Shown: positions 16,658 through 27,915, counted from the stretch's first letter. The stretch is DNA of 64,000 nt from Chloroflexota bacterium (GCA_028872875.1 JAGWOC010000009.1:1806-65805); one strand, 5' to 3'. Notes: generated from the sequence alone by a model not told the origin. Numbers and translations are program-made.

Positions 16658-16937
16658 CGTCCCCGGCGCTCCGAGGGCTCTGATGCCAAGGTCGATTCAT
16701 ACGGCTCCCCTGCTGGAGGTCACACCGGCCTCGGTGCGCCGCGCCCCGCGGACGCGCCGCGGCCGCGGCGTAGGCCTGTCTCTGCGCGCCGCGCGCGGCC
16801 CACGGCTCGCGGGCCTGCTCTCCGGCGCGCTCCTCTCCCTTTAGCGTCCCCTGGCCCGCCACGGGATCGCGGGGGATCGCCAGCCACCACGCAGACAACA
16901 CCGCCCGCCCGCGCGGGCAGAGATGAGGAGCGACGAT

Positions 16938-18638
16938 ATGACCAGGATGAAGGGCGCAGACATCATCATGGAGTGCCTCCGCAAGGAGGGAGTCGAGATC
17001 ATCTTCGGCTACCCCGGCGGCGCCAACCTCCCGATGTACGACGCGCTGCATAAGTACCCCGATATCCGCCACGTGCTCGTGCGGCACGAGCAGGCGGCCG
17101 CGCACGCCGCCGATGCCTACGCCCGCGTCAGCGGTAAGGCCGGCGTCTGCTGGTCGACGTCCGGCCCCGGCGCCACCAACCTCGTCACCGGCATTGCCAA
17201 CGCCTGGATGGACTCCGTGCCGCTGGTGTGCATCACCGGCCAGGTGGTCTCGTGGCTGCTCGGCCGTGATGGCTTCCAGGAGGCCGACATTACCGGCATC
17301 ACGATCCCGATCACGAAGCACAACACGATCGTGCTCGATGTCGAGGACATCGCTCCAGCGATCGCCGAGGCGTTCCACATCGCGACGACGGGCCGCCCGG
17401 GTCCGGTGCTCGTCGACATCCCGCGCGACGTGCAGCAGGCGACCTGCGAGTTCGACTACCCCGAGAAGGTGGAGCTGGCGGGCTACCAGCCGACGGTCGT
17501 CGGCCATCCGCAGCAGGTGAAGAAGGCGGCGCAGCTCATCGCGGAGTCGGAACGGCCGCTGATCCTCGCCGGGCACGGCGTCGTCATCGCGCGTGCCGCG
17601 GAGGCGCTGCGCGAGGTCGCCGAGAAGGCGCAGATCCCGGTGATCACGACGCTGCTTGGCATCGGCGGCTTCCCCGGCTCGCACGAGCTGTACCAGGGGA
17701 TGCCGGGCATGCACGGCATGTACTGGAACAACATCGCGATCCAGGAGGCGGACCTGGTGATCGCCGCAGGCATGCGGTTCGATGACCGCGTGACGGGCGC
17801 GCTGAAGGACTTCGCCCCGAACGCCAGAATCGTCCACATCGACGTCGACCCGGCCGAAATCGGCAAGAACGTGAAGACGATGGTGCCGATCGTCGGTGAC
17901 GTGAAGAACGTGCTCCAGCAGTTGGCCACGCAGATCGCGCCAGGGCGGCACGACGCGTGGCGCCAGCGGCTCGCCGACCTGCGGCGCGACCACCCGTCGA
18001 TCGCCATCCCGGAGACGGACCGTTTGCTGCCGCAGTACGTGATCAAGAAGATCTACGAGCTGTCGGGCCCGAAGGCGTACTACGCGACGGGCGTCGGGCA
18101 GCACCAGATGTGGGCGGCGCAGTTCTTCTGGGGCGACAACCCGTACTCGTTCGTGACGTCGGGGGGCCTCGGGACGATGGGCTTCGAGGTGCCGGCAGCG
18201 ATCGGCGTCCAGTTCGCCCGCCCGCTCGACACGGTGTGGGCGATCTGCGGCGATGGCGGGTTCCAGATGACGATGGAGGAGCTGGCACTCTGCACGGAGT
18301 ACGAGCTGCCGGTGAAGTTCGCCATTATCAACAACAACTACCTGGGCATGGTCCGGCAGTGGCAGGACAAGTTTTACGCGGGGAACAAGCAGTCGGTGCG
18401 CATGTTCCAGCCGGACTTCGTGAAGCTGGCGGAGGCGATGGGCATCACGGGCATGCGCGTCAGTGACAAGGCGCAGGTCGCGTCGTCGATCGAGGCGGCG
18501 CTGCGCCACCCGGGCGCCGTCCTGCTCGACTTCCAGGTGGAGGACGTCGAGGACTGCTACCCGATGATGCCGCCGGGCGTCAGCCTGTCGGACACCATCG
18601 ACCAGCCGCGTATCGAGCAGCCGGACTACGCCCGATGA
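16938..18638 (+). CDS. ilvB: Acetolactate synthase large subunit
   Basis: FGYPGGA, RHEQ, TSGPGATN, GMRFDDRVTG, GVGQHQMW, SGGLGTMG, GDGGFQMT, LGMVRQWQ. Confidence 0.96.
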   Translation: MTRMKGADIIMECLRKEGVEIIFGYPGGANLPMYDALHKYPDIRHVLVRHEQAAAHAADAYARVSGKAGVCWSTSGPGATNLVTGIANAWMDSVPLVCITGQVVSWLLGRDGFQEADITGITIPITKHNTIVLDVEDIAPAIAEAFHIATTGRPGPVLVDIPRDVQQATCEFDYPEKVELAGYQPTVVGHPQQVKKAAQLIAESERPLILAGHGVVIARAAEALREVAEKAQIPVITTLLGIGGFPGSHELYQGMPGMHGMYWNNIAIQEADLVIAAGMRFDDRVTGALKDFAPNARIVHIDVDPAEIGKNVKTMVPIVGDVKNVLQQLATQIAPGRHDAWRQRLADLRRDHPSIAIPETDRLLPQYVIKKIYELSGPKAYYATGVGQHQMWAAQFFWGDNPYSFVTSGGLGTMGFEVPAAIGVQFARPLDTVWAICGDGGFQMTMEELALCTEYELPVKFAIINNNYLGMVRQWQDKFYAGNKQSVRMFQPDFVKLAEAMGITGMRVSDKAQVASSIEAALRHPGAVLLDFQVEDVEDCYPMMPPGVSLSDTIDQPRIEQPDYAR

Positions 18639-19210
18639 GCGGCCGGGTGCACACGATCGTCGCGCTCGTCGAGAACCGCCCCGGCGTGCTCAACAAGATC
18701 GCCAGCAAGTGGCGGCAGCGCGCGTTCAACATCGAGAGCCTGGCCGTCGGGCCGAGCGAAGTGCCTGGCCTCTCCCGCATGACCTTCACGGTCGATGGTG
18801 CGGCGCACGACATCGAGCAGGTCACCAAGCAGCTCTACAAGGTGATCGAGGTGGTGAAGATCACCGACGTCACGGACCAGGGGACGGTGGCGCGCGAGCT
18901 GGCGCTGATCAAGGTCGCCGCAACGAAGGAGAGCCGCAGCGCGATCATCGAGATTGTGGATGTGTTCCGTGCGAAGGTCGTCGATGTCGGGCCGGACTCG
19001 CTCGTGATTGAGACGACGGGCACGGAGGACAAGATCGATGCGATCGTCGCGATGCTGACGCCGTTCGGGCTCAAGGAGCTCGTCCGCACCGGGCGCGTGG
19101 CGATGGTGCGCGGCGGCGCACCGACGGTGACGGCGCCATCGGCGGACGGCGCCGGGCGGCACCACCGGTCGGCGGGCGAGGGCAAGCCGAAGCTGGGAAG
19201 CCTGATCTAG
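18635..19210 (+). CDS. ilvN: Acetolactate synthase small (regulatory) subunit
   Basis: VENRPGVL, FNIESLAVG, EQVTKQLYK, RELALIKV, ELVRTG. Confidence 0.95.
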   Translation: MSGRVHTIVALVENRPGVLNKIASKWRQRAFNIESLAVGPSEVPGLSRMTFTVDGAAHDIEQVTKQLYKVIEVVKITDVTDQGTVARELALIKVAATKESRSAIIEIVDVFRAKVVDVGPDSLVIETTGTEDKIDAIVAMLTPFGLKELVRTGRVAMVRGGAPTVTAPSADGAGRHHRSAGEGKPKLGSLI

Positions 19211-19291
19211 CGTGGCGGCGGGAACGCCACATGACAAGCAGAGACTTCGCGCGGGCGAACCAACGCGGATCAGACAGGGGAATGTGAACGT

Positions 19292-20290
19292 ATGCCACAG
19301 ATGTACTACGACAAGGACGCCGACCTCGCGGTGCTCAAGGGCAAGACGATCGGCGTCATCGGCTTCGGCAGCCAGGGGCACGCGCACGCGCTGAACCTGA
19401 AGGACAGCGGTTGCGACGTGATCGTCGGGCTCTACCCCGGCTCGAAGTCGTGGAAAGCGGTCGAGGAATCGGGCCTGCGCGTCGGCAACGTGCGCGAGGT
19501 CGCGGAGCAGTCCGACATCATCATGATCTTGACGCCGGACCAGGTGGCGCGCGAGGTGTATTACCAGCACATCGCGGACGGGCTCAAGGCCGGCAACATG
19601 GTGATGTGGGCGCATGGCTTCAATGTGCACTACGGCCAGGTCCAGGCGCCCGACGACGTCGACGTGACGATGGTGGCGCCGAAGGGCCCGGGGCACCTCG
19701 TGCGCCGCGTGTACACCGAGGGCGGTGGCGTGCCGGCGCTCTTCGCGATCCACCAGAACGCGACGGAGCAGGCGCGGCAGGTCGCGCTCGCGTACGCGAA
19801 GGGCATCGGCGCCACGCGCAGCGGCGTGCTCGAGACGACGTTCAAGGAGGAGACGGAGACGGATCTTTTCGGCGAGCAGTCGGTGCTCTGCGGCGGGGTC
19901 ACATCGCTGGTCAAGAGCGCCTTCGAGACGCTCGTCGAGGCCGGCTACCAGCCAGAGCTCGCGTTCTTCGAGTGCATGCACGAGCTGAAACTGATCGTCG
20001 ACCTGATGTACGAGGGCGGCATGGGCTACATGCGCTACTCGATCAGCGACACGGCGGAGTACGGCGACTACACGCGCGGGCCGGTCGTCATCGATCAGCA
20101 CGTGAAGGAGAACATGAAGCGCGTGCTGGCGCAGATCCAGGACGGGACGTTCGCCAGGGAGTGGATCCTCGAGAATCAGGCCGGCCGTCCAAGCTTCCAG
20201 GCGCTGCGCCGGATCAACGCCGAGCACCCGATCGAGGAGGTCGGCGCCGAGCTGCGCGGCATGATGGCGTGGCTGAAGAAGAGCCGCTGA
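19292..20290 (+). CDS. ilvC: Ketol-acid reductoisomerase
   Basis: [52 protein letters not shown]. Confidence 0.97.
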   Translation: MPQMYYDKDADLAVLKGKTIGVIGFGSQGHAHALNLKDSGCDVIVGLYPGSKSWKAVEESGLRVGNVREVAEQSDIIMILTPDQVAREVYYQHIADGLKAGNMVMWAHGFNVHYGQVQAPDDVDVTMVAPKGPGHLVRRVYTEGGGVPALFAIHQNATEQARQVALAYAKGIGATRSGVLETTFKEETETDLFGEQSVLCGGVTSLVKSAFETLVEAGYQPELAFFECMHELKLIVDLMYEGGMGYMRYSISDTAEYGDYTRGPVVIDQHVKENMKRVLAQIQDGTFAREWILENQAGRPSFQALRRINAEHPIEEVGAELRGMMAWLKKSR

Positions 20291-20514
20291 GGAGCGGCAC
20301 GACACGATGATGCAGGACACGTCCGATCACCGGTGGCGGCCTCAGCGGTGGACCACGCCCCCAGGCGGCGGGCGTGCCGCGCTCACGCCGCGCAGCCCGG
20401 ACGCGCCGGGACTCACACTTCCGCGGCCCTCGTCCGCGCGCTCGCGGTCGGAGGGCCACCCGGAAGCGGGAGATCGGCAGACGCCGCTTGGGCGGTGAGG
20501 ACAGGAGTGCAGCC

Positions 20515-22062
20515 ATGGACAAGGTCATCATCTTCGATACGTCGCTGCGCGACGGCGAGCAGTCGCCGGGCGTAGCGCTGGCGCCCAGCGACAAGCTGGA
20601 GATTGCGACGCAGCTCGCGCGCCTGGGCGTCGATGTCATCGAGGCGGGCTTCCCCCGCACGTCGCCGGGCGATTTCGAGGCCGTGCAGACGATCGCGCGC
20701 ACCGTCAAGGGGGCGCAGATCGCCGGGCTCGCGCATGCGAACCCGGAGGCGGTCGACGACTGCTGGAACGCGGTGAAGGTGGGTGAGGCGCCGCGCATCC
20801 ACGTGTTCCTCTCGAGCTCGGACATCCACATCATGCACCAGCTCCTGAAGGACAAGGAGACGGTGCTCGAGATGGCACGGTCGATGGTGGCCCGTGCGCG
20901 TGGCTACTGCCCGGACGTCGAGTTCAGCCCCATGGACGCGACGCGCAGTGACCGCGAGTACGTGTACACGATGCTCGAGCAGTGCATCGCCGCCGGCGCG
21001 ACGACGGTGAACATCCCGGACACCGTGGGCTACACGATCCCGGAGGAGTTCGCGGATTTCATCCGCGACATTCGCAACCATGTGCCGAACATCGATAAGG
21101 CGCGGATCTCGGTGCACTGCCACAACGATCTTGGCCTCGCGGTGGCGAACTCGCTGGCGGCGGTGCGTGCGGGCGCGCGGCAGGTCGAGACGTGCATCAA
21201 CGGCATCGGCGAGCGGGCCGGCAACGCGGCGCTCGAAGAGGTGGTGATGGCGATCAAGACGCGCCGTGACTTCTTCGGCGTCGAGACGGGCATCATCACG
21301 AAGGAGTTGTACCGGACGAGCCGGCTCGTCGCAGATCTGACGGGCATGGGCGTGCAGCCGAACAAGGCGATCGTCGGGCCGAACGCCTTCCGGCACCAAT
21401 CCGGCATCCATCAGGACGGCATCCTGAAGATGCGCGAGACGTACGAGATCATGGACGCGAACGAGATCGGCTGGCCGACGGGCGGGGCGGAGATCATCCT
21501 GGGCAAGGTATCGGGCCGGCACGGCTTCAAGGCGCGCCTGGAGGCGCTGGGCTACGAATTGACGCAGGAGGAGCTGTCCCGCGCGTTCATGGCGTTCAAG
21601 GAGCTGGCCGACAAGAAGGCCGAAGTCGATGATCGCGACCTCGAGGCGCTCGTCGCCGACAAGCTCCGCACCACGGCGGAGCTGTACCGGCTGGACTTCG
21701 TGCAGGTGAGCTGCGGCGACCATGCGTCGCCGACGGCGACCGTACGGGTCATCGCGCCGGACGGGTCGGTCCGCCAGGACGCGGCGATCGGCACCGGGCC
21801 GGTGGACGCGGTGTATCGCGCCATCAACCGGATGGTCGATGTGCCGAACGAGCTGACGGAGTTCTCGGTCAAGAGCGTGACGGAGGGCATCGACGCCCAG
21901 GGAGAGGTGACGATCCGGATCGAGGCGGACGGCCGAAGCTACGTGGGCCGGGGCGCCGATACGGACATCATCGTGGCATCGGCCAAGGCCTATATGAACG
22001 CGCTGAACCGGATGCTCTCGGTGCGGCGTCGCCAGGATTCGGAGGTGCGGACGAACCCGTAG
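20515..22062 (+). CDS. leuA: 2-isopropylmalate synthase
   Basis: [49 protein letters not shown]; AGGAG RBS. Confidence 0.96.
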   Translation: MDKVIIFDTSLRDGEQSPGVALAPSDKLEIATQLARLGVDVIEAGFPRTSPGDFEAVQTIARTVKGAQIAGLAHANPEAVDDCWNAVKVGEAPRIHVFLSSSDIHIMHQLLKDKETVLEMARSMVARARGYCPDVEFSPMDATRSDREYVYTMLEQCIAAGATTVNIPDTVGYTIPEEFADFIRDIRNHVPNIDKARISVHCHNDLGLAVANSLAAVRAGARQVETCINGIGERAGNAALEEVVMAIKTRRDFFGVETGIITKELYRTSRLVADLTGMGVQPNKAIVGPNAFRHQSGIHQDGILKMRETYEIMDANEIGWPTGGAEIILGKVSGRHGFKARLEALGYELTQEELSRAFMAFKELADKKAEVDDRDLEALVADKLRTTAELYRLDFVQVSCGDHASPTATVRVIAPDGSVRQDAAIGTGPVDAVYRAINRMVDVPNELTEFSVKSVTEGIDAQGEVTIRIEADGRSYVGRGADTDIIVASAKAYMNALNRMLSVRRRQDSEVRTNP

Positions 22063-22103
22063 CTTGGGCCGAGCATGAGAAGTAAAGCAAATAGCGTATG
22101 GCC

Positions 22104-22133
22104 TTGACACATGATGGCTAGGCTTGGTACACT
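22104..22133 (+). promoter_or_regulatory. Internal promoter of the TA module
   Basis: TTGACA-18 bp-TACACT with TG extension. Confidence 0.65.
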
Positions 22134-22157
22134 CCCGCGGGAAGGGAGGTGATGGTC

Positions 22158-22556
22158 ATGGGGAAGAAACGGGAGCCGCCCGGGGAACCGGTTACCTACA
22201 AGCCGAGCGAGCCGCAGACCCACCAACTGGCCGAGGCCCGGGCCGTGTACCTCGTACCGCCGACGGACGCCGCCGCGGAACCAGCCGAGCGTGGTACGAC
22301 GCGCCTCAGCAGCAAGAACCAGATCACGCTGCCGGTGGAGATCGTGCGCCAGCTCGGGCTGCGCGCCGGCGATGAGATCGACCTGCTGGTCGTGGGTGGC
22401 ACGATCCAGCTCGAGCGGCTGCCGCGGACACCCCGCGAGTGGGTCGAGAAGTACCGCGGAAGCATTGACCTGCCTGGCTGGGAGACCCGGGAGAAAATCG
22501 ACGAGTATGTGCGGGGTGAGCGAGAGAGTTGGACGCGGGACACCGGCGATTCCTAG
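22158..22556 (+). CDS. vapB: AbrB/MazE-type antitoxin with N-terminal extension
   Basis: TRLSSKNQITLPVEIVRQLGLRAGDEI; C-terminal [12 protein letters not shown]. Confidence 0.85.
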   Translation: MGKKREPPGEPVTYKPSEPQTHQLAEARAVYLVPPTDAAAEPAERGTTRLSSKNQITLPVEIVRQLGLRAGDEIDLLVVGGTIQLERLPRTPREWVEKYRGSIDLPGWETREKIDEYVRGERESWTRDTGDS

Positions 22557-23032
22557 CAGCGACAGCGGGGTTTCGCACCGTCGCGCTCGATACCAACGCC
22601 TGCATCTACTACCTGCGGGGGGAGCCGCGGCTCGCTGATCTTGTCGCAGCGCTGGTAGAGCGGGCAGCGGCGGGATCCTTGAGCATCGTACTGTCGGCGG
22701 TGGTCCAGTTGGAGTTGCTCGTGCGGCCGTATCAGATGGGCGATCCCGTGCTGATCCGGCGCGTGCTGCAGTTCACCGAGCGGCACGCGGGAATATTGAC
22801 CTCCCCGATCACGCGGGATGTTGTGCTGGTGACGGCCCAGATCCGCGCGGTGCTGCGCCTCAAGGCACCGGACGCGTTGATTGCGGGCTCGGCGAGCGTC
22901 TGCGGCGCGGAGGCGGTGATAGGAAACGATGCTGACTTTGAGCGCCTGAACCAGGGCACCGGTATCAGGCTCATGACGGGCGCGCGCCGCCACGCGCTGC
23001 CGGCGTTCGTGCGGCTGGACGAATTTCTGTAG
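22529..23032 (+). CDS. vapC: PIN-domain toxin
   Basis: [32 protein letters not shown]; overlaps the antitoxin. Confidence 0.88.
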   Translation: MDAGHRRFLAATAGFRTVALDTNACIYYLRGEPRLADLVAALVERAAAGSLSIVLSAVVQLELLVRPYQMGDPVLIRRVLQFTERHAGILTSPITRDVVLVTAQIRAVLRLKAPDALIAGSASVCGAEAVIGNDADFERLNQGTGIRLMTGARRHALPAFVRLDEFL

Positions 23033-23051
23033 GGAAGACTGCGAGCGGCGC

Positions 23052-24458
23052 ATGGGCAAGACGACGTCGGAGAAGATCTGGGATCGGCACCTGGTGCGGA
23101 GCGGGGACGGCACGCCGGATCTCCTCTACATCGACCTCCACCTCGTCCACGAAGTCACGTCGGCGCAGGCGTTCGAGGGGCTGCGGCTCGCCGGACGGCG
23201 CGTGCGCCGGCCCGAGCTGACGCTGGCCACGGTGGACCATAACGTGCCGACGAAGGACCGCGACCGCGAGTGGCCGGACCCCCTCTCCACGCGACAGGTG
23301 GAGACCCTCCGGTCCAACTGTGAGGAGTTTGGTGTGCCGATGTTCGGCGTGCGAGACATGCGCCAGGGGATCGTGCACATCATCGGTCCGGAGCAGGGGT
23401 TGACGCAGCCCGGCATGACGATTGTCTGCGGCGACAGTCACACCTCGACGCACGGCGCGTTCGGCGCGCTGGCGATCGGCATCGGCACGTCCGAAGTCGA
23501 GCACGTGCTCGCGACGCAGACGCTGCCGCAGGCCCGGCCGAAGACGATGGCGGTCGAGGTCGGCGGCGAGCTGCCGCTCGGGGTGACCGCCAAGGACGTG
23601 ATCCTGGCGATCATCCGCAGGATCGGCGTCTCCGGCGGCATCGGCCACGTGGTCGAGTACCGGGGCGACGTCATCCGTCATCTGTCGATGGAAGGGCGGA
23701 TGACGGTCTGCAACATGTCGATCGAGGGCGGGGCCCGTGCCGGGCTCGTCGCCCCGGACGACACGACATTCGCCTACGTGGAGGGCCGCCCCTTCGCTCC
23801 TCAGGGCGCTGACTGGGAGCGCGCGCTGGACGCGTGGCGCGCGCTGCCCAGTGACGACGATGCGACGTTTGATACGACCGTCAGCCTGCGCGGCGAGGAG
23901 ATCGAGCCGTCCGTAACCTGGGGTACCACGCCCGCGCAGAGTGTGCCCGTGACGGGGCGCGTGCCCGACCCCGCGAGTTTCGATGACCCGCGCGCCCGGG
24001 AGCTGGCCGAGCGCTCGCTCGCCTATATGGATCTGCGACCGGGCACCGCCATGGAGGACATCCCGCTCGACCGCGTATTTCTCGGGTCGTGCACGAACGC
24101 CCGCATTGAGGACTTGCGCGCGGCCGCCGCGGTCGTGCGGGGGCGCAGGGTCGCGCAGACGGTCCGGGCGATGGTGGTGCCGGGCTCGGGGCTGGTAAAG
24201 GCGCAGGCGGAGCAGGAGGGGCTGGACCGGGTGTTTATCGCTGCCGGCTTCGAGTGGCGCGACGCCGGCTGCTCGATGTGTCTCGGCATGAATCCAGACA
24301 TCCTGATGCCGGGCGAGCGCTGCGCTTCAACATCGAACAGGAACTTCGAGGGGCGCCAGGGGCCCGGCGGGCGTACGCACCTGGTGAGCCCGCAGATGGC
24401 GGCTGCGGCGGCGATCGCCGGGCACTTCGTCGACATCCGTACGTGGAGGCAGGACTGA
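23052..24458 (+). CDS. leuC: 3-isopropylmalate dehydratase large subunit
   Basis: [53 protein letters not shown]. Confidence 0.97.
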   Translation: MGKTTSEKIWDRHLVRSGDGTPDLLYIDLHLVHEVTSAQAFEGLRLAGRRVRRPELTLATVDHNVPTKDRDREWPDPLSTRQVETLRSNCEEFGVPMFGVRDMRQGIVHIIGPEQGLTQPGMTIVCGDSHTSTHGAFGALAIGIGTSEVEHVLATQTLPQARPKTMAVEVGGELPLGVTAKDVILAIIRRIGVSGGIGHVVEYRGDVIRHLSMEGRMTVCNMSIEGGARAGLVAPDDTTFAYVEGRPFAPQGADWERALDAWRALPSDDDATFDTTVSLRGEEIEPSVTWGTTPAQSVPVTGRVPDPASFDDPRARELAERSLAYMDLRPGTAMEDIPLDRVFLGSCTNARIEDLRAAAAVVRGRRVAQTVRAMVVPGSGLVKAQAEQEGLDRVFIAAGFEWRDAGCSMCLGMNPDILMPGERCASTSNRNFEGRQGPGGRTHLVSPQMAAAAAIAGHFVDIRTWRQD

Positions 24459-25063
24459 TGGAGCCGTTCAGGAAGGTGCGCGGGAAGGTGCTGCCGCTCG
24501 ACCGCGCCGACGTCGACACTGACCAGATCATCCCGGCGAAGTATCTGAAGCGCATCGAGCGCACGGGGTTCGGCCAGTTCGCGTTCGATGCGTGGCGGAA
24601 GGATCCGGCGTTCGTGCTGAACGACCGGCGCTACGATGGAGCGCAGATCCTGGTGACGGGTCCGAACTTCGGCTGTGGCTCGTCGCGCGAGCATGCGCCG
24701 TGGGCGCTCCAGGACATGGGGCTGCGGGCAATCATCGCGCCGTCGTTCGCGGATATCTTTCGCAACAACTGCGCGAAGATTGGCCTGCTGACGGTCGTCC
24801 TGCCGCAGCAGGAGGTCGACCGCATCATCGCGCGCGCCGAAGACGCGCCGGGGTTCGAGGCCGAGGTCGACCTGGAAGCACAGACCGTGTCGCTGGGCGA
24901 TGCGCGGCCGCCGCGGCACTTCGACATCGACCCGTTTGTGAAGCACTGCCTGCTCGAAGGGCTCGACGATATCAGCCTGACGCTGAAGGTGGGCGCCGCC
25001 ATCGCGGCGTTCGAGTCAAAGCGGCCGCCATTCCTGCCAACAACCACCGCTGCGCGCGGCTAG
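24458..25063 (+). CDS. leuD: 3-isopropylmalate dehydratase small subunit
   Basis: DVDTDQIIP, NFGCGSSREHAPWAL, SFADIF, GLDDI. Confidence 0.96.
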   Translation: MEPFRKVRGKVLPLDRADVDTDQIIPAKYLKRIERTGFGQFAFDAWRKDPAFVLNDRRYDGAQILVTGPNFGCGSSREHAPWALQDMGLRAIIAPSFADIFRNNCAKIGLLTVVLPQQEVDRIIARAEDAPGFEAEVDLEAQTVSLGDARPPRHFDIDPFVKHCLLEGLDDISLTLKVGAAIAAFESKRPPFLPTTTAARG

Positions 25064-25163
25064 CACCGCCGCGGCCAGGTGCGGCGCACGCAGCAGCGCC
25101 GGCCCGGTGGGAGGGTGCCGAGCCGGCGCGTGGCCGCCTTCAATGCGGGGCGCGTAACGGGTG

Positions 25164-26300
25164 TCAGGCCGTCGTGCCCCAGGCCTGCAACGTCGCCGTC
25201 AACTGGATGGTCTTTCCGTCGCGGTGGACGGTAAGCGTCACCTTGTCGCCGACGCTCTTGCTGTCGATGTAGTTCGCGAGAGCGTCGAAGGTCTTCATCG
25301 GCTTGCCGTCGATCGCCGTGATGACGTCGCCGTTGCCGTTCGACGCGCCCCGCAACCCCGCCTGTTCCGCCGCGCTGCCCGGCGCCACCGTGACGACCGC
25401 TATCCCGTACGGCACGCCGAGGCTCTTGGCGTCACTCGGCGAAAGCGTCCGCCCCGCCAGCCCGAGCTGCGGGTGCGCGATCGCCGCGCCCGTCATGAGC
25501 TGCTGCATGAAGCGCTTCGGTGTGTTGATCGGCACGGCGTAGGCGACGCCCGCGAACGTGGTGCCGCCGGGGTTCTCGATCGCCGTGTTGACGCCGATCA
25601 CCTGGCCCTGCATGTTGATGAGCGCGCCGCCGGAGTTGCCCGGGTTGACGGCGGCATCGGTTTGCAGCAGGCCGCGGAGCGGCCGGCCGCTGGAGCTAGA
25701 GGAAAGCGTCCGGTCGAGGCCGCTGATCACACCGGTCGTGAAGGTGCCTTCGAGTCCAAACGGGTTCCCGATCGCGGCGACGACGTTCCCCACCTTGACC
25801 GTGCTCGAGTCGCCGAGCGTGGCCGGGTGCAGCTCGCTGGCGTTGACCGACGCCTTGATCACCGCCATGTCGTTGCCGGGATCCGTACCGACGACGCTGG
25901 CCTGGGCGGTCGTGCCGTCGGAGAACGTGACCTCGACGGAGCTGGACCCCCGCACGACGTGGTAGTTGGTGAGGATGTGGCCGCTTGTGTCGAGGACGAT
26001 GCCCGACCCCAGCCCCTGTGCCTGCTGCGAGAAGGGCGTGCTCCCCGCGGTGCCCGTCGTGATCTCGACAATCGACGGGCGCACCGCCGTGTAGAGGGCG
26101 GAGAAGTCTCCCGGTGCGGTCGCGAGGTTGGCCGCCGACGAGTTTGAGCTCACCGGGATCGCCGCGCTCCCGGATGTCGCTGCGGTGGTCGCCGCCGGGC
26201 TGCTGCTCCCGCCGCGCCAGTAGTTGACCGCGGCCACCGCGCCAGCGCCAATCAGCACGCTGACCACGATGACCGCGAGGACGCTTGTGAATCGCTTCAT
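25164..26300 (-). CDS. HtrA/DegP-like serine protease with PDZ domain
   Basis: GSGIV, LTNYHVV, QTDAAVNPGNSGG, C-terminal PDZ; N-terminal TM. Confidence 0.93.
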   Translation of the reverse strand: MKRFTSVLAVIVVSVLIGAGAVAAVNYWRGGSSSPAATTAATSGSAAIPVSSNSSAANLATAPGDFSALYTAVRPSIVEITTGTAGSTPFSQQAQGLGSGIVLDTSGHILTNYHVVRGSSSVEVTFSDGTTAQASVVGTDPGNDMAVIKASVNASELHPATLGDSSTVKVGNVVAAIGNPFGLEGTFTTGVISGLDRTLSSSSSGRPLRGLLQTDAAVNPGNSGGALINMQGQVIGVNTAIENPGGTTFAGVAYAVPINTPKRFMQQLMTGAAIAHPQLGLAGRTLSPSDAKSLGVPYGIAVVTVAPGSAAEQAGLRGASNGNGDVITAIDGKPMKTFDALANYIDSKSVGDKVTLTVHRDGKTIQLTATLQAWGTTA

Positions 26301-26421
26301 GTGGTTCTCCCGGCCCCCCGTGCCTGTCGTTGGCGCCAGATTGAGCGCCGCTTCCAGTATGGACGATCAACCTTCCGGGGGGTGCTTCCGAGATGTTACG
26401 GGGTACCGGCGTCCGGCGGCG

Positions 26422-27633
26422 CTACCCCCAGCGCGGCTGGAACTCCATCGGGATGCCGAGTGCGGTCTTGCCGATGAGCTCCTTCGCCACGTCGTTCGTC
26501 ATGGGGTGGAAGGGGCCCGCGCGCACGTCGCGGTAGAAGCGCTGCATGGGATGGCGGCGGAAGATGCCCGGCGCGCCCACGATGCCCATCGCCTGCTCGA
26601 CGATGCGCACGGCGGCGTTCGTCGCCAGGTACTTCATGAGGACGATCCGCGCGAGGTCATCGCGCTCCCGCAGACCGCCCTCGGTCCACTCCCGCACGGT
26701 CTGGCGCACGAGGGCGCGTGCGGCCGCCAGCTCGACTTCGATGTCGGCCGCGTGGAACTGCACCCCCGGGAAGTGGCTGATCGGCCGCTCGAAGAGCACC
26801 GGCCGGCGCGTCTTCGCCCAGTCGTACGCAAAGTCGCGCGCGGCGGTGGCGATCCCGAGGTAGACCGACGCGACCGTACCGCAGAACCACGAGAGGATGA
26901 TGTTGGCGCCGACGTCCGTGTCGCCCGGCTGCCGCATGGCGACGAGCGCCTGTTCCGGCACCCAGGCGTCCTTGATCACGAGGTCGTGGCTCGCCGTCGC
27001 CCGCATCGACATCGTGTCCCAGGTCTCGATGATCTCGATCCCCGGTGTAGCGCGCGGCACGGTGAACATGCCGATGACCGGCTTGCCGTCGGCGTCCGTT
27101 GTGGAGGTGTTGATGGCGAAGAAGTCGATGATCGGCGCCATGGACGTGAACGTCTTGCGGCCGTTGAGCACGAAGCCGGGCACGCCCTCGTGCTCCTGGC
27201 GCACGGCGGTGGTGGTCGGGAAGCCCCAGTTGCCACCGATCTCCGCTTCGGTGAAGCCGCCGCCGATGATCCAGTGCTGCTGCGCGAGCATGCCGGCCAG
27301 CAGCATGGCCTGCGGGTTGGTCATCCCCACCTGCTCCGCCATGGAGCCGACGGCGAAGAGGTGCATGTTGACCGCCAGTGCGGTCGATGCGTCGCCCTGG
27401 GCGAGGCGCTCCTGGCAGAGGCAGAGGTCGAGGAGGGTGCCGCCGAGGCCACCGACTTCCTCCGGGATGGGAAGCGATGTGTAGTTCTCCCGCTTCATCG
27501 CCTCGAAGTTCTCGAACGGAAAGGTGTTCTCGCGGTCGTGCTCGTCGGCGCGGGTGGCGAAGTCGTCGGCGAGGCGCCCGGCGAGGTCGAGGAGGCGCCG
27601 CGAGCGCTGCGTGGCGGACGTGGTAGAGGTCAT
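26422..27633 (-). CDS. Acyl-CoA dehydrogenase-family flavoprotein (non-canonical)
   Basis: LNGRKTFTS, WDTMSMRATASH, YLGIA, C-terminal RDVRAGPFHP. Confidence 0.85.
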   Translation of the reverse strand: MTSTTSATQRSRRLLDLAGRLADDFATRADEHDRENTFPFENFEAMKRENYTSLPIPEEVGGLGGTLLDLCLCQERLAQGDASTALAVNMHLFAVGSMAEQVGMTNPQAMLLAGMLAQQHWIIGGGFTEAEIGGNWGFPTTTAVRQEHEGVPGFVLNGRKTFTSMAPIIDFFAINTSTTDADGKPVIGMFTVPRATPGIEIIETWDTMSMRATASHDLVIKDAWVPEQALVAMRQPGDTDVGANIILSWFCGTVASVYLGIATAARDFAYDWAKTRRPVLFERPISHFPGVQFHAADIEVELAAARALVRQTVREWTEGGLRERDDLARIVLMKYLATNAAVRIVEQAMGIVGAPGIFRRHPMQRFYRDVRAGPFHPMTNDVAKELIGKTALGIPMEFQPRWG

Positions 27634-27915
27634 TGCGGCTCCCTGGACTGATGGTGGTCTACGGGACAGTGTACGGAGCGCGGCTGCGTGGAACCATGCG
27701 GCGGCCGTGCCGGGCGCGTCGCGCTCGGCACATGACGGCGCGAACCGCTCATGTCCCGCCGCCGCCCGCTTGAACGCGCGCCCGAGCCGCCGGCAATGGC
27801 GATGCGCCGGCCCGCGTGTATCGCCCCGACCCACAGCGGGTGGCGGCGACGCTGCTGCCAGGGGCTGTCAGGGTGAGGGTTGACGCCCGGGCGGGTGGCG
27901 CGGACAATCCTGCCC

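Noticed and set aside
20307-20498. 63-aa ORF as a leuA leader peptide
   Set aside because: Not enriched in Leu/Ile/Val codons, long SD spacing and atypical composition
22063-23051. IS or transposon carrying vapBC
   Set aside because: No transposase, terminal inverted repeats or target duplication seen
26350-26400. ECF-sigma promoter for htrA (GGAAG...CGTC)
   Set aside because: Spacer is too long (19 nt) for typical ECF promoters; cannot be supported
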